The notes under the pieces were generated by a model, which saw only the letters and a list, made by a program, of their open reading frames with translations, searched no databases and was not told where the DNA came from. Made by a program: the position numbers and the translations under genes. Of a stretch of 64,000 nucleotides of DNA, positions 37,760-50,871 are shown in pieces. The DNA lies in NCBI RefSeq assembly GCF_963921235.1, contig NC_086108.1, positions 85,190,001 to 85,254,000 of the forward strand, in the 5' to 3' direction. This DNA comes from Mobula hypostoma. Its lineage: Eukaryota. Numbering within the stretch: the first letter of the stretch is position 1; each line of letters begins with the position of its first letter.

Positions 37760-38909
37760 GTACCTCTTCCTAGAGATGCTGCCTGGCCTGCTGCGTTCAC
37801 CAGCAACTTTGATGTGTGTTGCTTGAATTTCCAGCATCTGCAGAATTCCTGTTTGCGTTTTAAAAGAAATACTTTCTGCTTTTGACTTTTGATTTGCTCC
37901 TTTGAATTCCAATGGGGTTAAATATTCACACTGATCTTTAAGTTTACTGAACATATATTTCTTTAATGTCCGAATTATGTTTCTTTACAGTTTACTTTTT
38001 GCTGTATATTCAAGGATTACAGCAGTATTAAAGTATAAAAATCTACCATAGATACAATATGTCATGGACCCATCGCCATGACAACAGGCACCTCACGTGA
38101 CGTAGAAACTGGCCTCTCAGTAGTAATTTCTTGCAGTTAACCACGGCGATTGGAGCAGGTCTGTGCATGTACTGCTGTAAAACCGGCTCCAATTACATTT
38201 GCCTAGCCATAAATTAGTACTTTATAAATCCAACATCTCAATACGCGCTTCTCTGTTTTATAGACGGTTCTGTGCTGTTAAAGGTTGGAGGATATTTACC
38301 AAACACTAAAGATTCTTAGCACTTTCAAAAATAAATTAATACTGAAGCAACATGTTTATTTATTGGCCAGAAGTCCTTTAGAAACGGCAGAAGAAATGTG
38401 CATTTAAATTTGCTTTAAACCTTTCCACACAGATCATTCTAACTCATCAAGCTATGTAATGTTTCAGCCACTTTGCTTGCTTATCTTATATAATTTGTAT
38501 GGGACTGATAATGCAGTTCTGCTACTGAGGCAGGAATGACTGCTGTTTAAGTGCTCCACGTCCTTGTGATATAATGTGAGGTCAGCTTTTTCACAGATTA
38601 TTCAAGCACTCACTCTGTACAATGCATGACTCGATGCAAGTGCATAGCTTCAGAAACAGGGTGTTTGGCACCGGCAGCTATTAAAGTGCTGTTACCGACT
38701 TTTAAAGCTATCCTGCATTTAGAATGCGTGGAAACTGGCCAAAGCAGCGTAAAACACAGCAACTGTTCCATTCTGAGTAGGTGTGAAGACAAAGAAATGT
38801 ACCCTTTTTGGATGAGGGAGACAAACTTCATCATCATCGTGGTCTGAATAGACCGAAAATAATACGTTTCTTTCATTCTTGATGTGAAGGGTTGTCATTG
38901 TCCAGGAGT

Positions 38910-40535
38910 AACCATATAACAAGTACAGCATGGAAACAGGACATCTCGGCCCTTCTAGTTCGTGCTGAACTCTTACCAGAATCCAGGAATCAACTGGACC
39001 AAGACCATAAGACACAGAAGCAGGATTATGCCATTCGACCCATCGAGTCCTTTCCACCTTCATGGTTGATCAATTCCATTCTTCAACCTTCACCTCATAA
39101 CCCCTCACACCATTGCTAGTCCTGAACCTATGAGCCTCCAATTTAAATATGTACACTGACTTGGTTTCCACAGCCATCTGTGGCATGCATTCCACAAATT
39201 CACAACCATTTGGCTAAAGAAATTCCTTCTCATGTCTGTTCTAAAGCAATATTCTTCTATTGAGGTTGGGCCCTCTGGTCCTAGAGTCCTCCACTATAGG
39301 AAACATGCTCTCCATTTCCCCAATGTCCATCAACTGTGCAACGTCGCAAAACTGTTCATTTTGAAGTACAAATGCCACCATTTGAGCAAAGTTTGAAATC
39401 AATTTGGATTTAGTTTTTTCTTGCACGGAAAATTTGAAATCATTAAACTGTCTAACTATTACAGTATTTTCAGCTAGAAAATCATAATATTTTAGACATA
39501 AGGCATTAACTTGTTCATCGCCAAATGTGAAGTCACAATCTGCAATTGTGGAGAAATCAAAAGCTAACAATTCTTGTACCTCAGGAAACCTTTTTTCTAA
39601 ATGAACACAAGGACTACTTATAAAGGTCAACAGTGAAGTTGTATCTACTGTGATGTTTTCTTCACGTTGTTGGCTTAGCAAAGCTTTAACTTTGTCACTC
39701 CATGAAACATTGTCTCCCAGGTACTGCTTTCTTATCTTGTTAATTTTGCCTTGTGCAAAATAAGGTGAATCGATCGGTGTCAGGCCACTCTTTTGCGAAT
39801 CTTGCACAGTGCAGCCAGTTCATCAAAGACATCACTTAAAACCTGTAAAGATACTTTGTATGTGATGTTTATCAATTTCTTGTGACAGTATTTAGCCACA
39901 GTGTCATTTGACTGATCTTTTTCAATAAAAACTTAGTAAGCTAAAACTTAGTAAATCTACAGGATTTGAAACAGATCTTTGTAAACTTTAGGATATAAAC
40001 ACTGTCCGCCAAAGTTGGCTGCTGCCGTGATGCAGCTGTACAAACTGGAACAGGAAAGGTGAGGTGACGTAAATTAGTGACGTGCATTGTGGTATTTGAA
40101 AACCCGACTAACTAGTTAACAGAAACATTTAGCTAACAGATCATTTTCGATAAGTATAATTATTAATTACTACATTATTTTAGGTAACTAACTTTTTGTG
40201 CGCACACTAATTTTCTTTGTGCGCTGGTAGAAAAATGTGTGTGCGTGCGCACAGCTTAGAGGGAACATAGCTCAGTATTCTTGCTTTTATAATCTAGTCC
40301 TCTCAAAATGAATGTTAACATGGCAGTTTCCATCTTTACCACCAACTCAGCCTGAAAGTTAGTGAATCATGGACAAGTCCCTTTGATTTCTGAAATCCCT
40401 CCCCATAAGTCTATTCCTTCTACCAAGTGCATTACCATACACTTCTCTACAGTATTCCATGTGCTACTTCTTTGCCTATTCTCCTAATCTGTCTAATCTG
40501 TCCTATTGCAGACTTCCTGCTTCCTCAACACTGCC
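38910..40535 (-). mobile_element. CR1 3' fragments interrupted by a hAT fragment
   Basis: ESMFPIVEDSRTRGP at 39270-39312; CR1 resumes at 40271. Confidence 0.7.
39313..40270 (-). mobile_element. hAT DNA transposon fragment (ZNF862/C17orf113-like transposase piece plus one terminus)
   Basis: ORF 39241-39807 reads HLEKRFPEVQELLAFDF..FGDEQVNALCLKY..QFNDFKF..VAQLMDIG, resembling the region upstream of the hAT dimerisation domain. Terminus gcgcacagcttagagggaacatag. Family assignment from recall. Confidence 0.65.
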
Positions 40536-41300
40536 AACACGATCTGACATAGTCTTGTAACCAAGTAAATAACTTGGCTACAAGAGCACATCAGGAGATG
40601 GATAACTCTGTATCAAGTGACTCACTACCTCATTCCTCAGACTTTTCAACTTTCTAAAAGGCACAAGTCAGGAGATGGAATATGCTGCACCTGCTCAAAG
40701 AATGAAGCTCAATAACACTGAAGAAGTTGGACAGTGCTGAGCACAGCATCTTTTTTTATTTGCACCTCATCTGCCACTTAACTGTATATTGGTATAAATG
40801 CATACTTCCTACACCTATGGCGCTCCAGGATCATAATATATATATTCCAGGAAATACTCCATTGATGTTCACCAAGCCTTCTTTGACAATTGCGAAACCT
40901 ATGACTTTGGAAGCTGAGAAGGACAAAGATAGTAGATGCATCGGAACTTATTAATCTGCAAGTTTCCCTCCAAGCTACCTTTCATCCTGATTTGAGAATA
41001 TATCACCTCTGCATCGTCCTGGTTTTCCCTGCTCAAATGCACTGTGGAAGACCGTCATCAGATCGATTACAAGAGTCAATGAAGTTGGTTCACCACAACC
41101 TTTTCAAAAACATCTAACATGGGACAATTTATGTTGGACTTGTCAACAAAACCCACACCCCATAAGTGAATACATAAAGATTTTGAAGCAGGTATGGAAG
41201 CAATTTAATTGATTACGGGAACACTTTCAATGTAACAATCATCAAAGTTTGTTTTATTTTAACATAATCTTTTAATGCATGATATATGAGTATTATATCA

Positions 41301-41957
41301 TGTGAAAAAGGCGAATGGTATGCTGGCATTCATAGCAAGAGGATTCGAGTACAGGAGCAGGGAGGTTCTACTGCAGTTGTACAAGGCCTTGGTGAGACCA
41401 CACCTGGAGTATTGTGTGCAGTTTTGGTCCTCTAATCTGAGGACAGACATTCTTGCCATAGAGGGAGTACAAAGAAGGTTCACCAGATTGATCCCTGGGA
41501 TGGCAGGACACTCATACGATGAAAGACTGGATCGATTAGGCTTATACTGGCTGGAATTTAAAAGATTGAAGGGGGATCTTATTGAAACATATAAAGTTCT
41601 AAAGGGATTGGACTGGCTAGATGCAGGAAGATTGTTCCTGATGTTGGGGAAGTCCAGAACGAGGGGTCACAGTTTGAGAATAAAGGGGAAGCCTTTTAGG
41701 ACCGAGATGAAGAAAAACTTCTTCACACAGAGAGTGGTGAATCTGTGGAATTCTCTGCCACAGGAAACAGTTGAGGCCAGTTCATTGGCTATATTTAAGA
41801 GGGAGTTAGATATGGCCCTTGTGGCTAAAGGGATCAGGGGGTATGGAGAGAAGGCAGGTACAGGGTTCTGAGTTAGATGATCAGCCATGATCATACTGAA
41901 TGGTGGTGCAGGCTTGAGGGCTGAATGGCCTACTCCTGCACCTATTTTTTTTCTCTA
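41301..41957 (+). mobile_element. Young CR1 3' fragment
   Basis: Uninterrupted 189-aa frame KKANGMLAFIARGFEYRS..TRGHSLRIKG..; CR1 3' UTR gaatggcctactcctgcacc. Confidence 0.93.
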
Positions 41958-42149
41958 TTATGCTATACATATAAAAATGCTTGAGGAACTCAGTGATTTA
42001 GGCAACATCTGTGCAGGGAAATGGACTGTGGATGTTCTGGGGTGAGACCCATCATCTGGACTGGAGTTTCAGACAACATTGACTTTGCCTGCTTACCTGA
42101 AACTTTACTAATTGCTCAGCTACAATGATTTAATAATAGCTTCAAATAT

Positions 42150-42860
42150 TTTACCTATGGCGAACACACCACGAGTTCCCTTCTTTATGTCCTCCCCTTT
42201 CTGAATAAAGGAATTACACTTGCTCTTTTCCCATCAAATGGAACTGTCTCTGAATGCAGGGGTTGCTAGAAAATTAAAATCAATGCAACAGCTAATGCAC
42301 TGGCCACTTCCCTAACGTACACAGGCTGAATCTCGTCAGGATCTGAAGATTTGTCAGCATGCAGCTCCAACAATTTGCATGGTACCATTTTCATGAGTCC
42401 CTCTTCCCTTCTAATTCCCTATTGACAGTTATTTCTGGGATGTCACACACTCTCTATAGTAATGACTGATGTAAAATGCCAGTTTAATTCATCAGCCTTG
42501 TTTTCCATTATTAATTTCCCAGGCTCATTTCTAGAGGACCAGCCCTCACTTTGTTAACTCTTTGCTATATGAATTATCGATAAAAGCTCTTAATGTATGC
42601 TTTAACATTTCTCACTGGCCTTATCTTGTACTCTATTTTTGTCATTCATTGTTGCTTTTTATATTCTGTCTAATTTTCTGACCTTCCTCCCGTCCTTGCA
42701 AGTTTACATGCTGCTTCTTTCACTCAGAGACTATCTTTAACATTTTAGTTAACCGGAGATGGGGGTCCTGCTGTTGGAAGATTTCTTCCTCCTTGTAGGT
42801 ATTTGTTCTGTGTATTCTGAAAGATCCTTTTAAATGTCTGCTATTGTATCTTGATGGACT
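42150..42860 (-). mobile_element. Old CR1 relic
   Basis: Nucleotide similarity to 13980-14720. Confidence 0.55.
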
Positions 42861-43652
42861 AATTTGCCAGAGGGAGACACAAGAGGCTGCAGACAGTGGA
42901 ATCTTTTCGGCCATCTGTGCAATTTACTGTGTCCCCGAAAAGGTATCTGGAAAACATCATGTGCAAATAATGTCAACTAGCAGCAAACCAGTATTAATAT
43001 TAGAATGCATTGGGGATTGTTAGCAATGACAAGGAGAATGACAGAAAGACAGGACAACAGAAAGAAGAACCAGAATTCATTCGTCAGTCTCCAGTTTCTC
43101 TGACAGATGACTCGTTCCTCTGCAACTCGTTGGCATGTTCTTTTAGTTCGTAAGGATTTTACCAGTGTTTGGAAATCCTTTGTAGTTTGTAAATCTTTCA
43201 GATTTCGGAAAGCTTTTATAAATCAGATATCCTCTGTGAATTTAAATGTGTGTTAAGAATTATTTGTCTGAATTAAAACATGTATCATTAAAAATAAAAT
43301 AAACTATTCTGATAGCTGGTGTCTCCTCTTTGGTAGGGAGGGGAGACCCATCACTCAAGCAGTAGGTAACCCCTCCGCAGAGACTAGACAGGGAAGTAAG
43401 TTGGTCCTAGAAGGGTAAGTGGATACAGTATCCAGTATTACGATTGCTGCTCTGCTGGAGTGTCTTCATGATAAGGTAACCAATAAGCATGAGGTCCAGT
43501 ACAGTCTGCTCTTTGCTTGGTTTCCACCTATGGTGTTCTGAGAAACAAATTCAAAAACAGTCTTGCCCATCTGATTTTTCTGGTTTTTATGTAGGTTAAC
43601 ACTCCCCATAACACCCTGGTAGTTCTTTAGATTTCTTAAGGTTGTTATAAAT

Positions 43653-44200
43653 GAGGGTGGTAGTGGAGATAAGCTTCCACTATCTATTAAACGCTGTCAA
43701 TGGTGTGCATCTCAAACAGCCTCTAACAACCAAATTCAGAACCAATGATCCCAACGGAACCATTTCTACAGACAGGGGAAGGTGCAAGGATGGATTACCG
43801 GTGCCTTAAAACCAGTTGCGTCGCACAGATGGGGCTTATCAGCCATAGTTGGCAGCTCATCTAGGAGAAGGAAAACTCTGATCTCAAGCCTCAGTTGCCT
43901 TGCGGCTATACCCACTCATGTGGGTGGCTTTAGGAATAAACTCCAAGGAATTATCCGGAGCTGGAGTCCCTAGGTCAGTCCTATGTTGAGTTCACCACTG
44001 ACTAGCAACTCTTGCAAAGTCGCTGGTGCCAGACTGTATTGGTCTCTGCCGTTCGTTTGGATTCATCAGCTGCACAGAGAGGGGAAGCCTAATGCACTGA
44101 CAACAGCTTTCTCTCTATATTGTACTGCCCTGGCTTGTATACTGGCTTGCTCATCATGTAGACAGCTGAGATGCATCATCCATGGCCAACCCCAACCTAG
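43653..44200 (+). mobile_element. Probable RTE-related non-autonomous element
   Basis: Non-coding; ends like an RTE 3' end (gcatcatccatggccaaccccaacctag). Family from recall. Confidence 0.4.
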
Positions 44201-44334
44201 GTAGGCCACAAAAGCGCTTCAGATTTATTTATTTATTTTTGGTATGTCTGCATTCCTTTCAGGAATTTTGAATTGTGATTGCTTTATAGCTATGTGAAGG
44301 TGCAAAGCAGCAGACTGAAAATATAACAAATATA

Positions 44335-44652
44335 ATGGTGTGGTAGTGCAGCAGTCAGCAAAATTGCTTTACAGTGGCAGCAGTCACTGACTGGGGTTTG
44401 ATTCCCATTGCTGTCTTTAAGGAGTTTGTACATTCTCACCGTGGCTGCATGGTTCTCCTCTGGGTGCTCCAGTTTGCTCCCACTTTCCAAAGACGAACTG
44501 TCAAAGTTTAGAGAGTTGTGGCCATAAGTGTGGTTATGTGGTTAAGTGAGGGATGTCCCCAACGCCATCCTTGAACTGTGTCGATCATTGTGCTAAAAGT
44601 AAGGCATTTCACTGTATGTTTCAATGTTTCAAAGTACTTATGACAAATAAAG
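44335..44652 (+). mobile_element. tRNA-derived V-SINE-type SINE
   Basis: ggggtttgattccc..ctttaaggagtttgtacattctc..ctcctctgggtgctccagttt..tgacaaataaagc. Confidence 0.7.
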
Positions 44653-44654
44653 CC

Positions 44655-47600
44655 TGTAAAGTATTGATGTATTTCTTTTAGAGCAATGACCCCCTCCCTT
44701 AGCACTATGTATTGATCTGTTGTCTGAGCATGCGCTGTTGTCTGTGTATGTACATTGTTCTCTCTCTCTCTCTCACTGCAATGTCAATACACCAGTTAAA
44801 GACATTTCTCGCTTGTGTGCTTTTATTTAATTGATATGTAGTTGTACACAGACACAACAAATTGGCAACGAGTACGAACCTGACTGTCAGAAAATATTAC
44901 GAACTGTACCGACAGTTATGGGATAAAACAGGAAGAGTTAAACTGTACAAGAAAGTCATCACAGACACTAACAAAGGGACATGTGACAATGAAAGATGCG
45001 CCAAATTTAAAGAGAAAACAACGTGGCAACGTTTTCAGTTGGGGAAGTTGATGAATTTGTTAGCACTCATGAAGGCTGGGAGTTGTATATTGAGAGAGTT
45101 GAACTGTATTGTAACACAAACAATGTGGAGCAGTGAAAGAAGGCCCCTACACGTCTTAGTTTAATGGGCCCAAGAACATACAGTTGTTTACACAACTTAG
45201 TAATGCCTGTAAAGTCAGCAAGCAAGACATTTGACAAAATTGTTCCAATTTTCCAAAATCACTTGAGCCCTAAACCGCTGGTAATAGCTGAGAGATTTAG
45301 ATTTTACATAAGGATTCAGTCAAAAGACAAAAGCATTTCTGAATACATTTCAGAGATATGCAAACTTGCCTAGTACTGTGACTTTAGAGGTGGGCTTTCT
45401 GATGCATTAATGGACAGGCTTGTATGTGGCATGCACAGCCAAGGAACTCAATTGAGGCTACTATCTGAAAGAAACCTATCCTTAGAATGGGCATTGCCCA
45501 TTGCAATATCATCAGAGACTGCAGCAAAGGATGCAGCAGAACCACAGAAAAGGAGGTTAGGATGTGAAATGCACAAAATGTCCCTGAATGGTGCAAAAAA
45601 CCAAAGATGTTATCGATGTAGCAAATCCTCCCATGAAGCAAATGACTGTTGGTTCAAAGAAGAAGTCTGTAGAAAGGTCACATAGAGAGAATGTGCAAGG
45701 CAAACAAAAAGCACAACCGAGTGAAAAGTCTCAAACACAAAACTAAGCAAATGTATGAAGCTACTGAATACAAAACAGAATCAGACAACATAGAGTCTGA
45801 CAGAGGTGAACTATCATGCTTAGAACTGCATAGTATTACTGAAGCAGATCGCAGAATAATATAGATCACAATAGATGTGTGTGGTGTAAATTTGAAAATG
45901 AAGCTGGATACAGGCTCAGCTTTGTCTATAATTCCAGAGGCTGACTACAACAGACTGTTTTCTAAGATACCATTAGAGAAGCCCTCAGTGACGCTAAAGA
46001 CTTACACAGGCGAAAAAATGTCTCCCAAAGGCAAACTGAAAGTGAGGGTGATGCAGAGCAGTTAGAGCTTAATGTATTGTAAAGTGGAGGGCCAGCACTT
46101 CTCAGATGTGAATGGCTGAGAAAATTCAGCTAAGCTGACACTCAATCAAAACTCTCTGTGTGACATCAACAGGCAATAGTAATGCTAATGAGAAGGTGTT
46201 TAGAGAAGAGGATTGGTAAACTCAAAGGCATGAAAGCTAGAATTGAACCAGAGGAAACAGCAACACCAAGATTCTATGAAGTGCATCCAGTGCCTTCTGC
46301 ACTACATCCTGCAGTGGACGCTGAACTGCAAAGCTTGGAGGTGTCTAGAATTTCCTCCAAGGTTGATTGGAGATATTTGGGCCATGCCCATTGTCCTGGT
46401 GATCAAGAAAGGGAAGGCATATAAGGTGAGCATAACTGTGCAGTAACCACTGTCACAAATAGAAGACATTTTTGCATCCTTGGTAGGTGGCGAGAGGTTT
46501 TCAAAGATTGATTTGTCGCAAGCGAATCTGCAAATGGAGATTGAGGAGTCAAGCAGGAAGTTCCTTGCAATAAACACTCACAAGGGCCTGTACTAGTATA
46601 ATTGTCTTGTCTTTGGCATTGCATCAGCCCCAGCAATTAGACAAAGAGCGATGGATAAGTGCTCCAAGATATCCCAGGAACACAATGACATCATTTTGTT
46701 ACTGGCAAAATTTATAAAGAGCACCTCCAGAATGTTGGTAAAGTACTCACTAGGCTGAGTGAGTATGGTTTGCGTGCAAAGAGAGAGAAATGTGAGTTTT
46801 TCAAGCATGAATTATCATGTTGTGGACATGTCATTGACAAGCATGGCTTACATAAGGTAAAAGAGAAGATTGAAGCAGGTATACAGCCACCCAAAATGGA
46901 AAATGTGTCACAACTCAGGTCATATGTGGGCCTTGTAAACTACTATCACTGATTTCTCCCAAACATTGCTACAGTGCTGCATCCATTTGAATGCACTGTT
47001 ACAGACAGGAGCAAAGTGGGAATGGTTAGAAAGATTAGATTAGATTAGATTAAAAGGACACTCAGTCTCCGTTTATTGTCATTTAGAAATGCATGCATTA
47101 AGAAATGATACAATATTCCTCCAAAGTGATATCACAAAAAAACAGGACAAACCAAAGACTAACACTGACAACACCACATAATTATAACATATAGTTACAG
47201 CAGTGCAAAGCAATACCATAATTTGATAAAGAGCAGATCATGGGCACAGTAAAAAAAAAGTCTCAAAGTTCTGATCGACTCCTGATAGTCCTGATAGCAG
47301 GCGGCAAAAGGGAGAAGCTCTTCCTGCCATAAACCTCCAGACGCCGACAACTGCCGATGCATTGGAAGCAGCCGACCAGACCACAGCTGACTCTGAGTCC
47401 ATCTGAAAACTTCGAGCCTCCAACCAGCCCCTCTGATACAGCCTCCCAAGCACCATCCTCTGCCAAGCGCTTTGACCCCGCCCTGGCCGCCGAGGACTCA
47501 GGGCCTTCTCCTTCGGAGATTCTGGATCACACAGTAGCAGCAGCAGCGAAGAAGGCATTTCAGAAGTTTCTCCAGATGTTCCTCCGTGCTCTCATGTCTG

Positions 47601-48152
47601 TCTCCATCAGATCAGGATCATGTACGATACCCTACCTGACAGAGTGCAGATATCATTCACCGGAGTGGCCGCTGCATGCTGGACGCGCCGCCATCTTCTC
47701 CTCCTCTATGGGAATGGTTAGAAAGATGTGTGGAATAGCATTCAAGAAAACAAAGAGACCAATGACATCTGACGAACAGCTCACTCCCTTATGGCATTGG
47801 AGCCATTTTGTCACACATTATGAAAGATGGATCTGGATGTGAATAGCGTTTGCTTCAAGATCACTGCTGAGCGCAAATAGCTGCCACACACATATAGGCA
47901 GAGAGACCCTTAATCTAGTATGGGAAATAAAGAAGTTCCAGCACTACCTGTATAATGTATGCATTTATTTCTTTTAGAGCAATGACACCCCCCTTAGCAT
48001 GACGCATTGATCTGTTATCTGTGCATGTGCTGTTGTCTACACATGCACGTTGCTCTCTCTTTCTCTCACTGCAATGTGAATACAGCAGTTAAAGCCATCT
48101 CTTGCGTGCATGCTTTTATTTAATTAACATGTAGCTGTGTGCAGACATAACA
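44655..48152 (+). mobile_element. Degenerate Gypsy/Ty3 LTR retrotransposon, integrase region deleted
   Basis: Two ~200-bp LTRs (44655-44859, ~47950-48152) ending ACA; PBS-like tggcaacgag; gag PKPLVIAERFRF; Zn knuckle CYRCSKSSHEANDC; protease LDTGS; RT FSKIDL..KCEFFK..LRSYVGLVNYY; RNase H remnant to ~47950. Confidence 0.9.
47036..47708 (-). mobile_element. Full-length non-autonomous LINE-derived element with 19-bp TSD
   Basis: TSD tgggaatggttagaaagat (47017-47035, 47709-47727); 5' end gaggaggagaagatggcggcgcg; 3' aataaa plus (aatct)n tail. Confidence 0.85.
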
Positions 48153-48424
48153 CAGCTAATCTTTTTTCTTTTAATAAATAGAATCAGAAGGTGCTGTTAA
48201 CTCACCAGGTCAGGGAATCTATAGAAAGAGAAGCAGACTTACCATTTCAGAGTGACGGACCTTTTGTTAGACCCCTTTTCTGACAAAGGGTCTTCAATCT
48301 GAAATGTTAACTTGCTTGTTACTATTTCCAGTATCAGCAATTAAAAAAAAATTTTTTACCAACTGATTGCATGCCGGACGTTTACAGACCAGTTACCCTG
48401 GATAGTTGGTTCTCAAGGATTTTT

Positions 48425-50360
48425 TAGAAACATAGAAACATAGAAAATAGGTGCAGGAGTAGGCCATTCAGCCCTTCGAGCCTGCACCGCCATTCAGTAT
48501 GATCATGGCTGATCATCCAACTCAGAGCCCTGTACCAGACTTCCCTCCATACCCCCGATCCCTTTAGCCACAAAGGCCATATCTAACTCTTAAATATAGC
48601 CAATGAACTGGCCTCAGCTGTTTCCTGTGGCAGAGAATCCCACAGATTCACCACTCTGTGTGAAGAAGTTTTTCCTAATCTCGGTCCTAAAAGGCTTCCC
48701 CTTTATCCTCAAACTGTGACCCCTCGTTCTGGACTTCCCCAACATCGGGAACAATCTTCCTGCATCTAGCCTGTCCAATCCCTTTAGGATTTTGTATGTT
48801 TCAATAAGATCCCCCCTCAATCTTCTAAATTCCAATGAGTATAAGCCTAGTCGATCCAGTCTTTCATCATATGAAAGTCCTGCCATCCAGGAATCAATCT
48901 GGTGTACCTTGTTTGTACTCCTTCTATGACAAGAATGTCTTTCCTCAGATTAGGGGACCAAAACTTCACACAATACTCCAGGTGTGGTCTCACCAAGGCC
49001 TTGTATAACTGCAATAGTACCTCCCTGTTCCTGTACTCGAATCCTCTTGCTATAAATGCCAGCATACCATTCACCTTTTTCACCGCCTGCTGTACCTGCA
49101 TGCCCACTTTCAATGACTGGTGTATAATGACATCCAGGTCTCGTTGCACCTCCCCTTTTCCTAATCGGCCACCATTCAGATAATAATCTGTTTTCCTATT
49201 TTTGCCACCAAAGTGGATGACTTCACATTTATCCACATGAATTTGCATCTGCCATGAATTTGCCCACTCACCTAACATATCCAAGTCACCCTGCATCCTC
49301 TTAACACCCTCCTCACAGCTAACACTGCCGCCCAGCTTCGTGTCATCCGCAAACTTGGAGATGTTGCATTTAATTCCCTCATCTAAGTCATTAATATATA
49401 TTGTAAATAACTGAGGTCCCAGCACTGAGCCTTGTGATACCCCACTAGTCACTGCCTGCCATTCTGAAAAGGTCCCGTTTATTCCCACTCTTTGCTTCCT
49501 GTCTGCCAACCAATTCTCTATCCACATCAATACCTTACCCCCAATACCGTGTGCTTTAAGTTTGCACACTAATCTCTTGTGTGGGACCTTGTCAAAAGCC
49601 TTTTGAAAATCCAAATATACCACATCCACTGGTTCTCCCCTATCCACTCTACTAGTTATATCCTCAAAAAATTCTATTAGATTCGTCAGACATGATTTTC
49701 CTTTCACAAATCCATGCTCTTTGTCCGATGATTTCACCACTTTCCAAATGTGCTGTTATCACATCTTTGATAACTGACTCTAGCATTTTCCCCACCACCG
49801 ATGTCAGGCTAACCAGTCTATAATTCCCCGGTTTCTCTCTCCCTCCTTTTTTAAAAAGCGGGGTTACACACCCTCCAATCCTCAGGAACTAGTCCAGAAA
49901 CTAAAGAGTTTTGAAAAATTATCACTAATGCATCCACTATTTCTTGGGCTACTTCCTTAAGCACTCTGGGATGCAGACCATCTGGCCCTGGGGATTTATC
50001 TGCCTTTAGTCCCTTCAATTTACCTAACACCACTTCCCTATTAACATGTATTTCGCTCAGTTCCTCCATCTCACTAGACCCTCGGTTCCGTACTATTTCC
50101 CGAAGATTATTTATGTCCTCCTTCGTGAAGACAGAACCAAAGTAGTTATTCAATTGGTCTGCCATGTCCTTGTTCCCCATAATCAATTCACCTGTTTCTG
50201 TCTGTAGGGGACCTACATTTGCCTTAACCAATCTTTTTCTCTTCACATATCCATAAAAGCTTTTACAGTCAGTTTTTATGTTCCCTGCCAGTTTTCTCTC
50301 ATAATCTTTTCTCCCTTTCCTAATTAAAGCCTTTGTCCTCCTCTGCTGGACTCTGAATTC
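48425..50360 (-). mobile_element. Young CR1 LINE, 5'-truncated (RT domain nearly intact)
   Basis: ORF 48847-49740: HGFVKGKSCLTNL..YLDFQKAFDKVPH..QGSVLGP..KFADDTK; (tagaaaca)n tail. Confidence 0.95.
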
Positions 50361-50871
50361 TTATTCCTTATTGCTTCATGTTCCTCTTTCCCATCTAATG
50401 ATGGAAGAAGGCAACTCATTACAAGTGCAAACGTGTGCAGCGTGAGTATGGCAGTTTCCAATCCATGTACCATGGCTTCTCACAAGAGGAGCGTTAAGAT
50501 CCTGGAAGCGTTAAGTTTGAGACAATAAAAGGAATGATTGAATATGAACTCTAAGGCTCCCCCAAGCTTATGATTTTCAGCAGTATGTCACAGCTCATTT
50601 TCTTGTGATGTACACTTGCTTCAATTAGAATGTTTTATTTAAAATCTAGACTTTATTAATCACAGTATACAAGAAACATAAAAGACTGTGCATCATTTAC
50701 TATATCTTCATAGTGTCCAGTCTATACATTCATAGTGTTGAGTATTTATATTTAATATGTTCTGTGTATAAAGCACCAAAACCACTTCAATGGCCTTAGT
50801 GTTTGTGGGGTTGTTGTACAGGACCCAACCAATCACTGGCAGTAATCCTTTGGCTTGGAATATGCCAGGAG

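Larger units (their letters stand above)
36733..37857. mobile_element. Compound PLE insertion: inverted tail, two short tandem tail pieces and a GIY-YIG 3' fragment
   Basis: 36733-36856 (-), 36857-36903 (+), 36909-37017 (+), 37018-37857 (+; CKRNKCYTC..VIYCVRCSQCGLLYIGET). Imperfect TSD aaagaaa(g/t)actt at 36721-36732 and 37863-37874. Confidence 0.9.

Noticed and set aside
36857..37857. Short direct repeats with unique-looking spacers (CRISPR-like)
   Set aside because: Eukaryotic context, irregular spacing and no cas genes; the repeats are PLE tails.
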